From: Lama guanicoe
Lineage: Eukaryota
Direction of reading: 5' to 3'
Assembly: GCA_013239625.1 (NCBI GenBank)
Contig: MU054391.1
Location: 248,001-312,000, forward strand
DNA: 64,000 nt
Positions 1 through 10,949 of the stretch are shown piece by piece. Every line of letters begins with the position of its first letter. Positions within the stretch are counted from its first letter, which is position 1. A program made the translations under genes and the position numbers. The notes beneath the pieces are model-generated. The model made no database searches, was not told the origin of the DNA, and saw only the letters and a list, made by a program, of their open reading frames with translations.

Positions 1-158
1 GGGACGGCAAATGGTTGCAGTTTGGCTCCAGTGTCCCTCAGTTCTAGATCCAGGAGTCTGTGATGGTAAGTTAATGTGAGCCGAGAGCCAACTATTTGCA
101 ATTTTTTTTCCTGTTTGCACATATTTGTCTAACTTTCATGAAACACACTTTCCCAAAG
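1..158 (+). other. Possible + strand exon end (1-65) and 93-nt intron (66-158)
   Basis: ATG|gtaagt donor at 66, ctaac branch motif at 129-133, cccaaag| acceptor at 158. The spliced frame reads GRQMVAVWLQCPSVLDPGVCD-ELPCQRQGAPP*, which I do not recognise. Confidence 0.25.
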
Positions 159-590
159 AACTCCCTTGTCAGAGACAAGGCGCTCCTCCCTGACGAGGAC
201 CCGCCCTTGGTGGTCGAGGCTTCTCTCACACCTCCTCCTCCGGAGTCTTTGGGAGGGTCTGCCCCGAGGGTGCAGCTCTGTGCCCTGGAGCCCTCCCGGC
301 AGTGCTTCCTACTCTTGTGGGTTGGAAGCAAACCTAGGCCCAGTGGACAGCCCTGGGGACGTGCCGCATACCTGGAGGCTGGAGGCACAGAGCTACTGCT
401 GCAGGTCAGTTTCCAGAGCAGCCACCTCCAAGGAGGCTGCTTCCCCCACCTCCTCCAGGACGACGGGAGGGCTCTCTGGGAGCTGAGATGTCAGCTGAGG
501 GTCACTCTGCCTCTGCAGGACCCGGGAGAAGGGAGAGGGGTGCCCCTGCCCTGCAACCACGCCGGGTGGGTGCAGCCCCTGCAGGGTTAC

Positions 591-864
591 CTCCCTCCTT
601 CACTGGTACCAGCTTTAGAAAAGGGTTGACTTCACTTCTGCCTGGTGATGAATATTGCTCTGACCGACAGTGCCTAAAACGATGCTGTACACTTGACTAG
701 AAACGCAGCCAAAGTTATTTAGCTAATTCTGTGTATAAACAGTGGAAGGGGGTTTGATGATGCTGGTTACTATTTCCATTTGCAAAATCTGGACGACGGT
801 TATTTTTCTTAGCCATCTGCATGTTCACTAAAGAACTGGATCTCTCCCATAACAATTCTGACAC
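591..864 (-). ncRNA. Candidate non-coding or 5'UTR exon of a divergent - strand transcript
   Basis: Strong acceptor on the - strand (ctaat branch-like motif, ggcctttctgctctag|G at 864) and donor GAG|gtaacc at 590. All three frames are closed. Upstream - strand donors lie at 2018 (GAG|gtgagt), 2969 and 3025. Confidence 0.4.
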
Positions 865-2539
865 CTAGAGCAGAAAGGCCACATCATTAGACATCAGTAG
901 GAAATTCGAGTTTCCCAGACATGCAGGTCCTGACCCAATTCAGAGTCGTATCAACCACCTGCTTGGTGTCAGGCTTATGGTTTTGAGGAAGCTTATTTGA
1001 GGAAGAGTGTAGCTTTAAAATCTGTTTGAAAGAAAGAAAATGGCACTTGGGTTATATATAATGAAAGGTGTTCTGGCTTTAGTATTCTCTACAAATAAAC
1101 TTGTTATTTTTAAATCCATGTCCCACCATATGCATGCACACACGCACTGCCCCACGCAGGACCTACTGGACGCATTCCACACCCCCCAGCGTGGAGAGAA
1201 GCATCTTGGTTAATCCTGAACTTTCCATGTTTTAAAAAACAATCGCTTTACACATCTCATGAAAGGGACGAGGTGGGCAGAGCACCTGCGTCCTGATCCA
1301 GGTTAAAATGCAGGAGGAGCTGGCACTTGGGTGGGCGCTGGCAGACTTTTGCCTCAGCTGATTCAGCAGAGCCATGTGGTCCCCTTTGAAGTGAGCACTG
1401 GCACTGCCACCAGGCCCAGTAGAAACCTGACTGGTACGGCTGCCACGAGGCCCGCAGAGCGGCCCTCCCGGCCCCGGACTTCAGCCCACACGCCCGTCCT
1501 GTCCGTGCACCGTCTGCTCCTGACCGGTTACATCACCGCTAGTGCCTCTTGCCTCACTGGGAGAAGGACCCATAGCTTCTCAGATCGTATCATCACTCAT
1601 CCTGGAACATGTTTCTGCCACGTTCCTGGTGCTGCCTGTGACCTGGCCATTCATTCTCACTCCTGTGCAATTTTGTCATCCTCTGACCATTTCACAATCA
1701 TTTTTCTGTTCTCCCAGTAATGGAATTTCCCTTTTTTCCCACAGGTTATTGGATCCCTAACTCTCAGCATAAAAAGTCTAAGTTTTAGATTGAGGATTTT
1801 AAAATATTAGCAGGAAATGCAGTAATAAGACACTAATGAGAAGCTCCGATTAAAGAAGATCACGAACAGCCAGGCTCTCTGTCCCACAAGCCCTGCAGCC
1901 TCACGACAGTGCTGCACAGGAGGTTCTGCTATCAGCTCGTCTCCCCGAAATCCAAGGAGGCTACAACCGCAAGAGTTACGTGGCTCCTGGGCGAGCCTGC
2001 ATCGAAATCCGGACTCACCTCACCCTCCCACTTCAGGGGCTGAGAGTTTCCTCACCGCGCTGGACCCGCTCCCAGAAGACGCAGGTCCTGGGACAGCCGG
2101 CTCCTTTAAGGGCTCCGCTGATTTGTTTCGGGGGAGGTGGTTGTCCAGCCCGCCCTGCCTCTCAGCCCGAGCCTAGCCGCGCGGACGCGCGTCCTCCCAC
2201 ACCGGGAGTGGGGGTGGGATCTGCTTGTCGCAGTCAGGTCCCTGAGCCCTCCTGGCGCTGTGCTCTGTGGCCGCAAGCCTGTCCACTCAGCGGGGTGGAG
2301 GGGTCTCCCCAGAGAAGCACTGTCTGGTGTGAGTGAAAATAGCTGGCTTCTCTCTAAACTGTGTAGGACCAGAGTGTCATCCACACAAGAATGCAGTCTA
2401 GACTGGACGCCTGCACAGAGGATGGATTGCTCTGCACAGCTTCCCAACAGTGCAGATCACACTTTCCCGGTTGAGCAAGGAGCAGCGTAAGAACTCCTGA
2501 AAGCACTTGCTGGATCATCGGCACTCTCAAACCGAACAT

Positions 2540-3300
2540 CTCGCGGGAGGGCCAAGTGTGGAGCTGGCCTGGGATCCGCGGGAGAAGACGGTCCCTGCGG
2601 AGGACGGACAGGAGCACACGTGTCCGCTGGCCACCACCCGGTCCTCACAACAGCCCGGGGGGCAGGTCTCACGACCCGAGCGGCGGGAACCGGGTCGGAA
2701 GAGCCGCTCAGTGCGGGCAGGTCCTCACGGCGGGTCCGGAGGCGGCTCTGAGGAGGACGCCGCTGGGTGTCCTCCGCGACCCCGCGTCTGACTGGCGGCG
2801 CAGGCGGGTGGAGGCCCCGAGCGGGTCCGGGAGAGGCCACTGGCCGCGTGCGGCTGAGTCGGGAAAGCAGGCCCGTCGAGAGAGGAGGGCGGGGGAGCTG
2901 GCCACGCAGAGAGGCGGCAGGGCCCCGGTTCCGGACCCCGGTGCCGGGCCCGGAGCTGCGCGGACCTACCCGGGGATGCGCGGGACCCTCCCAGCGCCGA
3001 GCCCGGAGCGCGCGGCCGTGCTCACCGCCGGAGGTGGGGACGAGGCGCGGCGGTCAGCGCTGAGCGCGCCGGGTCCCCGTACAGGGCCGCGCGCCCGCGG
3101 GGCGGGACTCCCCGGGGAGCGCGGAGCGGACCCCGCGCGGCTTCCCTCCGCCCCACCCGGGGCTCCAGGACGCGCTCTGCTCCAGGGTCTCGGCGTGGAG
3201 ACAAAGCGGCGGTCCCCTGCTGCCCTTGCCAGCCTTGTCCGCGCGTCCGTGTCCTCGGCCTTGGCTTTCTGCGGAGGGAACAGGCCGTCCCCGGCTTGGA
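2540..3300. promoter_or_regulatory. CpG island / probable bidirectional promoter
   Basis: Very high GC and CpG density. GC boxes GGGGCGGGAC (3099-3108) and CCGCCCC (3148-3154). Minus-strand splice donors at 3025 (GCG|gtgagc) and 2969 (GGG|gtaggt). The first + strand exon remnant starts at 3309. Confidence 0.85.
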
Positions 3301-3308
3301 CACTGCAG

Positions 3309-3519
3309 GAACAGGGACTTCATAAACCTGGCAGAAACCCTTCTGCCAATGCCAGGAATAACGAGATTTTCAGAAAGGAAAACAGGAATATTTCCTCGTG
3401 TAAATAATAGATAAAGAATGAAAAAGAATAAATGAGCATAATCCAGCAGCACTCCCCTTAGGGGACAATAAAACCCGGAAAGTCCAATTTGTGCAGCAGG
3501 GCCATTAGGCAGGAAGTTG
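3309..3519 (+). pseudogene. Candidate 5' exon remnant of the CCDC158-like pseudogene
   Basis: ctgcag| acceptor and TTG|gtaagc donor. Purine-rich with several stops. It ends in phase 1 (RQEV-G), compatible with the next remnant. Confidence 0.4.
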
Positions 3520-4200
3520 GTAAGCCAGACACTGTCCTTCGGCTCTGGAGGGAGTGACCTAATGTGGGGTTTGATGCCTCAAAGAAAAACTGCGGAAGGA
3601 AGGAATCTCACCATTTCATTATTCTGCATTAGTTCAGCACGAACAGGCTGGGCCTGAGACGCTTTCCTTCACGCACGTGGGCGCCCGTCACAGGGCCTGC
3701 GCCCTGCGGCCACTCGCTGCTTCACCAGCGTCAGTGTGAGCATGTCCCCAGGACCTTGGGTTGTGCTGTGAGTTGGCCCAAATCCTGAGGCTTTGACCAA
3801 GCTGTTTGTCTCACTTTGTGGGTAACTGTTTTCCATAGAAGTGACTCTTTTATTGAGAAGAGTGGTTTTTTTTTTTTGCTTTTTTAAAGACTAAGATAGA
3901 TTTTAAACCATGTTAGTATTGTAAACCTCATAATCTCTATTTTGTGCCAGAGGGGGAAAAACTAAGAGTCTAAGAGTGTTGATTTTTGTTTTTAGTACAC
4001 TGGGCCATTCTAACAGTAACTTTACCCTGCATTAATAACCGTAAGCCTTAATTTCCGGGATTTCAGCTCTGTAAACACATAATCCAGTCTCTCTGTGTGC
4101 ATGGTTTCAACGTGCTGTTCTCTGTATTTAAGTCATGTAAGACTTTGTATTATGTTTTCCTACGATGACTGTGAATTCTCCCTGGCATCTCTGGCCAAAG

Positions 4201-4325
4201 TCCATCTCGAGGCAGCTGGGAAAGGCCGTGTTGCTGAGCGAAGTCTGTGAGCTCAGGGCTGGTGATCACACACAGTTGCTCGGGTCCCCACCGAGCCCCG
4301 GCCAGTGGGCAGCACATCCCAGTGT
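4201..4325 (+). pseudogene. CCDC158-like exon remnant (N-terminal region)
   Basis: After ccaaag|, phase 1 reads VHLEAAGKGRVAERSL*AQGW*SHTVARV, compared with CCDC158 ...SPGKEHFERVLEEYSHQVKDL. Two stops; 3' end uncertain. Confidence 0.45.
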
Positions 4326-4671
4326 GTACGTAGTGCCCGCCCTCCACTCGGCCGGTCCACTGCGACGCAGCTGCTGCTCTGAGGGCTCGTGCTCTGAGCG
4401 CGTCCAGGCCCGCTGAATGTGTGAGGGAAGCTGACCAGACTAGACACGACCGTCACGTGTTTTTCTGTCTCACTCAGATCGTCACCAGTGCCCAATTTCA
4501 CAGCGACGTTTATGAATATCCTCCCAAATTTCAGAAATGAAGCGTGTCAGTGAGGGCTTGCGTACGGCCAAGCTGTAGAAGTACACCTCTTCATGTCACC
4601 GCCTCCCCTCCCAGGCCCGGCGGTGCACTCTGACCCTGAGTAGCTGCTTCTCCTCTTGGTTTTCTTCGAAG

Positions 4672-4752
4672 CATGTCCTTCGTAGGAAGATGCATGACAT
4701 TGCACTAAGCGTCTTTGACTGAACCGTTTCAGTTGCTGAAATAACTCAGCAT
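4672..4752 (+). pseudogene. CCDC158-like exon remnant, 81 nt
   Basis: Polypyrimidine tract + cgaag| acceptor, CAT|gtatgt donor. HVLRRKMHDIALSVFD*TVSVAEITQH vs NELHEKQKFYLRQSVIDLQTKLQEMQM. TGA at 4720-4722. Confidence 0.55.
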
Positions 4753-5050
4753 GTATGTGTGTTGGGATATATGCGTGTGTTTCGGAAAGAAGACTTATTT
4801 CATTATATTCCCGTAATGTGGGCAAATTCTTGAAGGACCCTGATAATACACAAATAAAATGTTTCTGTTTAGCATATAAATTGTCTTATAAAAAATCAAT
4901 GTTTTCTACATGTTTCAGAGGGTAGAATCGGATTATTACAAACCCGTTCACTAATCAATTTTGCACCTATGTTCAAGGAAAGAGTTTGTGGAACAATATG
5001 ACTAACTGAACACAGACACTCATCTTTCTTTTGCCTCTGATCCTAAACAG

Positions 5051-5709
5051 ACGTCAGAAAAAGAAGCTAAAACAAGTTAGTTGCAGAAAAGTGCTGGGAG
5101 GCCAGGAGCAGAGTTGTCCTCAGACCAAAACGTGGGCAACGTCCAAACTTGAGAATGCAGGTGGAGGCACACTGCAGAGAGAGGTGTGACACAGCTCTGG
5201 CCTCTGCACCAGGGGCAGGCAGGACAGCCTGGGGGCCAGAGCCCTTGCTGGGAGGCAGGTGGGCAGCAGGAGAGGGCGAGATGGCCCTTCCCGGGCAGAG
5301 CTGGGGTGGTGCTCACCGCAGTCCTGTCTGCCTGGCTTCCAGCAGAGTTCCCAGAGGTCGCAGTAGAAAATGCAGGCGGTGAGGCCACCGACAGGGAAGA
5401 CCAGGGGACACACCTCCACAGAAGTCTGGCTGGAGATCGCCCAACTCAGCGGGGACCAAGTGGGGTTCATTCCCAGTGGTCAAAAAGGATGAGCCCTTGT
5501 GCTCAGAATGTGTACCTGCCCGTGGCCACGAGAACTTACCGACACGGGGGCACCTGAGAAAAACCACACTTAGACGCATCAGGACTCTCATTTCCTCTGA
5601 GATGGAGATGTCTCACTCCTCGCGGGTCCTTCCCTTACGACGGAAACTCCTTAGCCACAACACAGCAAACATGCAAGGAGGGACTTCGGGACCGAGGAAC
5701 AGCACGCAG
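5051..5709 (+). pseudogene. CCDC158-like large exon remnant (frameshifted)
   Basis: cctaaacag| acceptor, CAG|gtaggt donor. Pieces in shifting frames: GQEQSCPQTKTWATSKLENA ~ SQEDLRNQLQNTVHELEAA; QQERAR..GVVLTAVLS ~ QIEQLR..GVLQEIRS; GTHLHRSL ~ STLHFRSL; VVKKDEPLCSE ~ VEDQLEALKSE; RIRTLISSEMEM ~ RIEQLISEHEVEI; LRRKLLSHNTANMQ ~ LTEKASSARSQANSIQ. Confidence 0.7.
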
Positions 5710-6664
5710 GTAGGTGCCCAGCTCCCGCGTGGGTCCGGTGAGTCCTGACAGGCGAGTCCCAGCGCCCTCTGGCTCCCACACACTCTAGGCAGGTGCTGTG
5801 TGACCTCCAGCAGAGCCCCCAATGGCCGCAGACACAAGAACTCCAAGGAAAACCTACTTCCTCAGCCAGCAGTCTGGGTCTAGCTACCGAACACCAGAGG
5901 CAACATTCGCCTTATTCCAGACGACACCAACAGCCCTGTCATGGTTTTAATGAGAAGGAAAGGAAGCTCTTCTTCCTTCTCCTGACTCCCTGGCCCAGGG
6001 GTTCGGGCTCCCAGTGGGGCTGGTCCTCCGTCCCCACTGGGACAGAGCCCGGCGGCGCCTTGAGTCTCGGACCGGGGAGTAGAGGTGGGGTGCATCCTTG
6101 GCTGGACAGCAAGGTTTGACTGGGGTCCACGAGGTGGGAGTGTTCAATACCACGGAGGCCACGTGTGTTAACAGCCCGTGGGTAGAAGGGGAAATCTTGA
6201 AGGAAATAAAATAAATGAAAATTAAGATATAGTGTCAAGTTGTGGGCTGCAGGTGAGCCACGTGAGAGGAACGTTCACAGCACCAGGTGTTTAATTAGAA
6301 AAGAAGGGCGGTTTCAAGTCAGTCATCTCTCTCACCTCGAGAAACCAGAAAAGGAGGAGCAAGAGTAGCTCCGAACAGTCTGTAGGAAGCAAAAGACAAG
6401 AGAAGCAGCCTGTGAAAGTGCGCACAGGAGAGCCTCAGCGAGACCAGCGGGACCAGAGGCCGGTGGAAACCCCTGCAACGGGAAGGAATGGGACTCAGGT
6501 CGAGAAAGGAGTGAGCTGCGAACCAGACGCAGGGGACAGCCGGGCCGGTGGGGCAGCGGGAGGCCCGCCATCAGAGCTCCTCCCCAGACACGTCTGCAGA
6601 GGGCCCTGAGCGCGGCGGGTGACGGTACCATTGGGCTGAGAACACCAGCGCTGTCTGGGTCTGT

Positions 6665-7215
6665 GGAAGCGCGTCTCCAGGTGTGGTCCCCAACCACCTG
6701 CATGGGCATCACCTGGAAGCCATCAGCAGTGTGAATCCTTGGGCCCCTAAGCCTCTGGGTCAGAGACTCCTACACGTGGAGCCCAGGGCCCTGCATGTGT
6801 TTCTGGAGCCGGAGCCAGCTGCTGCGTGAGGAAGTGGGGTCCCAGAGCCCCCCTGCCCTCGCAGCCTGGCTGTGGCCACCCCACCTCAGCAGAAGCCTGG
6901 AGACATTGGACCTAGAGACCCAGTTTCTAGAGAATGTTTCTCCGACATGAATGTGTGTCCAGATTTCTGCTGGGCAGATGGTGGCCTAGCAGATCTGGGC
7001 TAGAGCTGGGCATGGTGCTCGTTTAGCAAGCTCCCGGGGGCAGGACCACCCTGAGTGTCAAGGACCAGAACAGGGCTCCCAACCCAGGCTGCCTGGAAGA
7101 GCAGGGGAGCCGCACCCTGGAGAGCCCCTTAGCTGGTGCGTGTGTGGTCTGAGCGGGAGGTCTGATCTTTAAAATCCCGCAAGTGATTCTCTGCTGCCAA
7201 GGTCGGGACCCCTGA
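6665..7215. mobile_element. Cluster of MER5-like hAT-Charlie DNA transposon remnants
   Basis: Motifs 'gtgtggtcccc..accacctgcat..gcatcacctgg', 'ttagcaagctccc' and 'aagtgattct..ctgccaagg' are typical of MER5A/B. Confidence 0.5.
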
Positions 7216-7659
7216 GGTGGGGGACCCTACAGCCAGCCGAAGTTAGCACTCCACAGTCAAGTGGAGAACAAAGAAAGTTCATTCCGAGAAGTGGACTCCA
7301 GTCCCTCTCCAGCCCCACTTCGGGGCAGGAGTCTATCTGGTTACTTGTGGGAAAATTGGCCCAAATGTAAAGAAATATGGAATTAATATTTGAGTCCCCA
7401 CCTGATCAGGCAATATGTTCTAACCACGCAGACAAGCAGGCTGGGGAAGTGAAAACTTAGCTGGAACAATGGCTGTCCGATTTGAAACTGTGAAGGCTGA
7501 AAGGAGTCTTTCCTGTGGTGTCTCCTCGAGTGAGGGGAAATGAGCTTAGCAGGCGGAAACCTCTGAAGAACGAGGTGTCCAAGTGGAAGGAGCCAGCCTC
7601 ACTGGGGAGAAGAACTCCGCATCTGAGGCTGGCCGTTCTCTCTAGTTAATCTGCTAGAT

Positions 7660-8400
7660 CAGCTCAGTTAAAACATCAAATTACTTTAATTAAAAATACC
7701 CAATTTTCAATAGGATTTTTGGTGGAACTTGAAAAGCTGATTCTGAAACTCACACACAGCGCACGCACGGTCAGCCAACACTGTCTCCAGATGAATGCCG
7801 GGTGCTCCTCAGAGATGCTCTCGAATAAGTCAGTTTCAATACAAAAACGGAGACCATCTCTGTTTTCCTGGGCTAATGTTCTCCACGATGAGTAATTTTC
7901 GCTGACTCTGTTTCTTACCTACAAATTCAGTGTAAGGAAACCACCCCGTGGAGGGTGAAGGAGGCGGCGTGTGCTGCGAGCTGGCAGCGTGTGCTCACCC
8001 AGCGTGTCCTGCGGCCGCACATAGCACGCACCTTCTCAAACCAGGCCTCCAGTCATTCCAACATTTTTATCAATTTTATTTTCTGAAAAGATTTGACTTA
8101 CACAAACCTTTAGCAACATTAATCAAGGAAAAACAGAGACAATCTACATTTTCATATTAAAATTATAATAGTAAACTATTCATTTATAGTAATTCAATAT
8201 GCAAATGTAGGCCTAATAGACAGTCTTTTAGAGACATGTAAGCCACCAGAATCAATTCAGGAAGAAATAGAAAAACAAACATGTTTATATCCACCAGTAA
8301 AGAGGAGTCAGGTAAGGGTGAAAATCTGCTTGAAAAGAGAGAAGTCCCAGTTAGTGGCACGCTTTTATCAGACTCATGGGGGAACCGCTAGCCTTTACTT
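7660..8400 (+). mobile_element. Old L1 ORF2 fragments
   Basis: 'ggtggaacttgaaaagctgattctgaaa', 'aaacctttagcaacattaatcaaggaaaaa', 'aattcaggaagaaatagaaaa'. Confidence 0.6.
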
Positions 8401-8670
8401 TAAAGACTTGACTTTTTAGGGCAGTTTCAGGTTCATGGCACAATTAAGAGGAAGGAACGTCCGTGTCTTCCCTGTCCCCACGTGGGCACCGCCTCCCATC
8501 CTCAGCACCCCTGCCAGGTGGTGCGTTTTCTACAACCGATGAGCTCAGTTACCCTCCGGTCGGCCCCCCGTTGGTGTTTGTCCTGTGGGTTCAGACAGAT
8601 GACACGTCTCCATCTTACCGCGTCATACACTTCTTCACACGCTCCTCAAACCCTCCGTGCTCTGCAGATC
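8400..8670 (-). mobile_element. L1MC-type 3' end
   Basis: 'tttttagggcagtttcaggttcatggcacaattaagagg' is the characteristic antisense L1MC 3' terminus. Confidence 0.65.
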
Positions 8671-10949
8671 ATCAGTTTCTAAAAATTAGTGTCACTGTTA
8701 GTGCATCCTGAGGCGTGACACGTGTCAAGGCTGTCGCCAAGCCAGCCCAGAACCACGCCTGTGGCAGTCCCCTTTCTGCTGCCACGATGCAGTCCCGCCG
8801 GGAAACAGAGCTGGGGTTTCAGCAGAAGGAGTTTGGTCCAGGGAGACGGACACAGAGGGGTCTTGGGTCCCAAGTTCGGGAGGCCCTGCAGAGGGGCTCA
8901 GACTTCGGGGAGGGAGGGCTGCTGGAGCCCCCTACCCGAGCAGGTGGGCTGTGCAGGCAGCCCTGGGGGCTGGACGCTGGACCACCCACTGCTGGGAGTG
9001 GGAAGTGGGCGGAGGAGCGCCCGGTGCCCCTCGCTGAAGAGCCCACAGCGTCCGTGCTCTGAGTCTCAGGGGGGCGGGCGCAGGGCCGAGACAGCATGGC
9101 CAGTGCGGGCAGGGCGCAGGGTGTCCGTCTGGGTGAGTGCTTTCCCTCGGAAACAAGTCCATTTTCGTCCCCTGCCTTCTGTCCCTGCCGCCCAGGACGC
9201 CGACGCCCTTCCGCCTGCTTTCACGCGCACGGCCCCGTTTCCCTTCGGATGTTTAAGGCCTGTCCTTCCTCCCTGCGCCCTAACTTCCCATGACCACTTG
9301 CTCTGGTCTGAGCTCTTACTCACTGCCAGGGATGCTGAGTGGGCCTCTTAATCTGGGAGCTTATGGCCTTTACTTCCAGGAAACCTCTTGCTTTTGTAGA
9401 AGTGTTTCTCTAAGAGCCCACGCAGCCTGCCTGCTGCGGTGCGCTCGGGGTGGGGGGTCTGGGCTCGGTCCTGCTAAGTGCTGGCGAGCGGTCCTTCGAG
9501 AACCGCATCCTTGACCGAGAGACAAAGCACGTTGCCTGCCTTTTTTCTCTCCTCATCCATCTGAGTCCCAGGTTCATCGGCAAGCACACGCTCATCCTGC
9601 CCGGGACAGACAGAGCAGGGCCGCGGTTCTGGGCCGAGATTCAGGCCGAGCGGGTGTCTGTCTTCAGCCTGCCGTCCCTGCCGCCAGCACCCCCACCCTC
9701 ACAGTGCTGAACGCGTTGCTTCGCGTTTGCTCCTGCTCTGAAATGTCCCTGTCCTACAGTTCGAATCGTTTACTCACCAAACACTCGCAAGAATCTAGCA
9801 AGGTCAGGCGTCACCCTGTCCGCGGCGGGAGGGCAGGGCCGGGGCAGCGTGGGGCTGCAAGCCGCAGTGGAGGTGGGGTCGGGGCTCTTGGTGGGGTGGC
9901 CGTGTCGTGCGATTGGGTCCGCTGACCTTCCAACTTACGCTTCAGCCTCGCCAGGTGGGCCGCCGCTCTCACTCCTGACACGGGCCGTTGGGCTTTTAAG
10001 ACTGTCCACTCTGTCCCGAGCCCTCTGTCCACCGTGCACACCTGCCCCCATCACAGCCGCCAGCTGACCGTCGGCAGCAGTCCTTTCCAAGTTCACCCCG
10101 GGGTCTGTGCGCCGCGAAAGTTTCCTGCTGCTAAGTTGCCGCGGTTTTACTTGCTTCGCTAGGTTCCTTGTGATCTTCCTGGGGTGACACAGGGTCCCGC
10201 TCCTGGGAGCCGGTGCTGCTGCCATGTCTGCTCCGTGCTGGGCAGCAGCTCAGCGGGGCGGGAGGGCCCGGTGCTTGTGTATCTGCCGGAGCTCTTACCG
10301 CTTGTCGTACATTTAGCGGACGGTCAGTCAGCGTCTGTTGAATGAGCACTGATTGAACATCTGCCTGACGCCTACGCCGTGCGGAGGCCCCCAGAGGCAG
10401 ACGTGGGAGAACCAGCCGCACCGCATCCCTCGCATCAGGGCGAGGTGGGACGCTGGGGTCTGGGTAACGCCCCACTTTGCCGACGGGCGCCCTGGGTGGC
10501 TGTCGCTCGTGACCTTCCTTGGCCTCTGCTCCGTCCACTTCTGAAGTGTGCTTTCTGTGTGTACAAGACGGTTTTTCCCTAAAATGCTCATTGGAGGAAG
10601 TGACTCATTTTCTTTAAAACTGGCTCCGCTTCTTCCAGTGTAAAGTCTATTCACGTCCCATTAACTTATTCTTTATGGTTGGTGTTTTACCTTAAAATGC
10701 TTTTCAGTCTCGCTTCACTCCAGTCGGACTAACCCTTCTCATCTCCAATGTTCCTGGGGCTTCTTGCCGCTACCCTTTTGCTCACGTGTTTCTTTTGCTG
10801 AAATGGCTCCCTTAACACCTTTATGCCCCCCATTTCTGTCCCCTCACTAGCTCCTTCCTCGCTGGCTCTCTGGTCTCCCCATAGAGGCTGTCACCCCTCC
10901 AGCTGCCCTGAGGTCCGCCCCCCCCCCACACTGGGGCTCCCACGCCCCT

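Noticed and set aside
2556-3407. 283-aa + strand ORF (longest in the track)
   Set aside because: It spans the CpG island, is rich in R/G/A/P, starts at a non-ATG codon and has no recognisable domain. Such ORFs are expected by chance at this GC content.
8710-9400. Possible LTR remnant (also 26785-27075)
   Set aside because: The composition is LTR-like, but I could not identify a family, termini or TSD.
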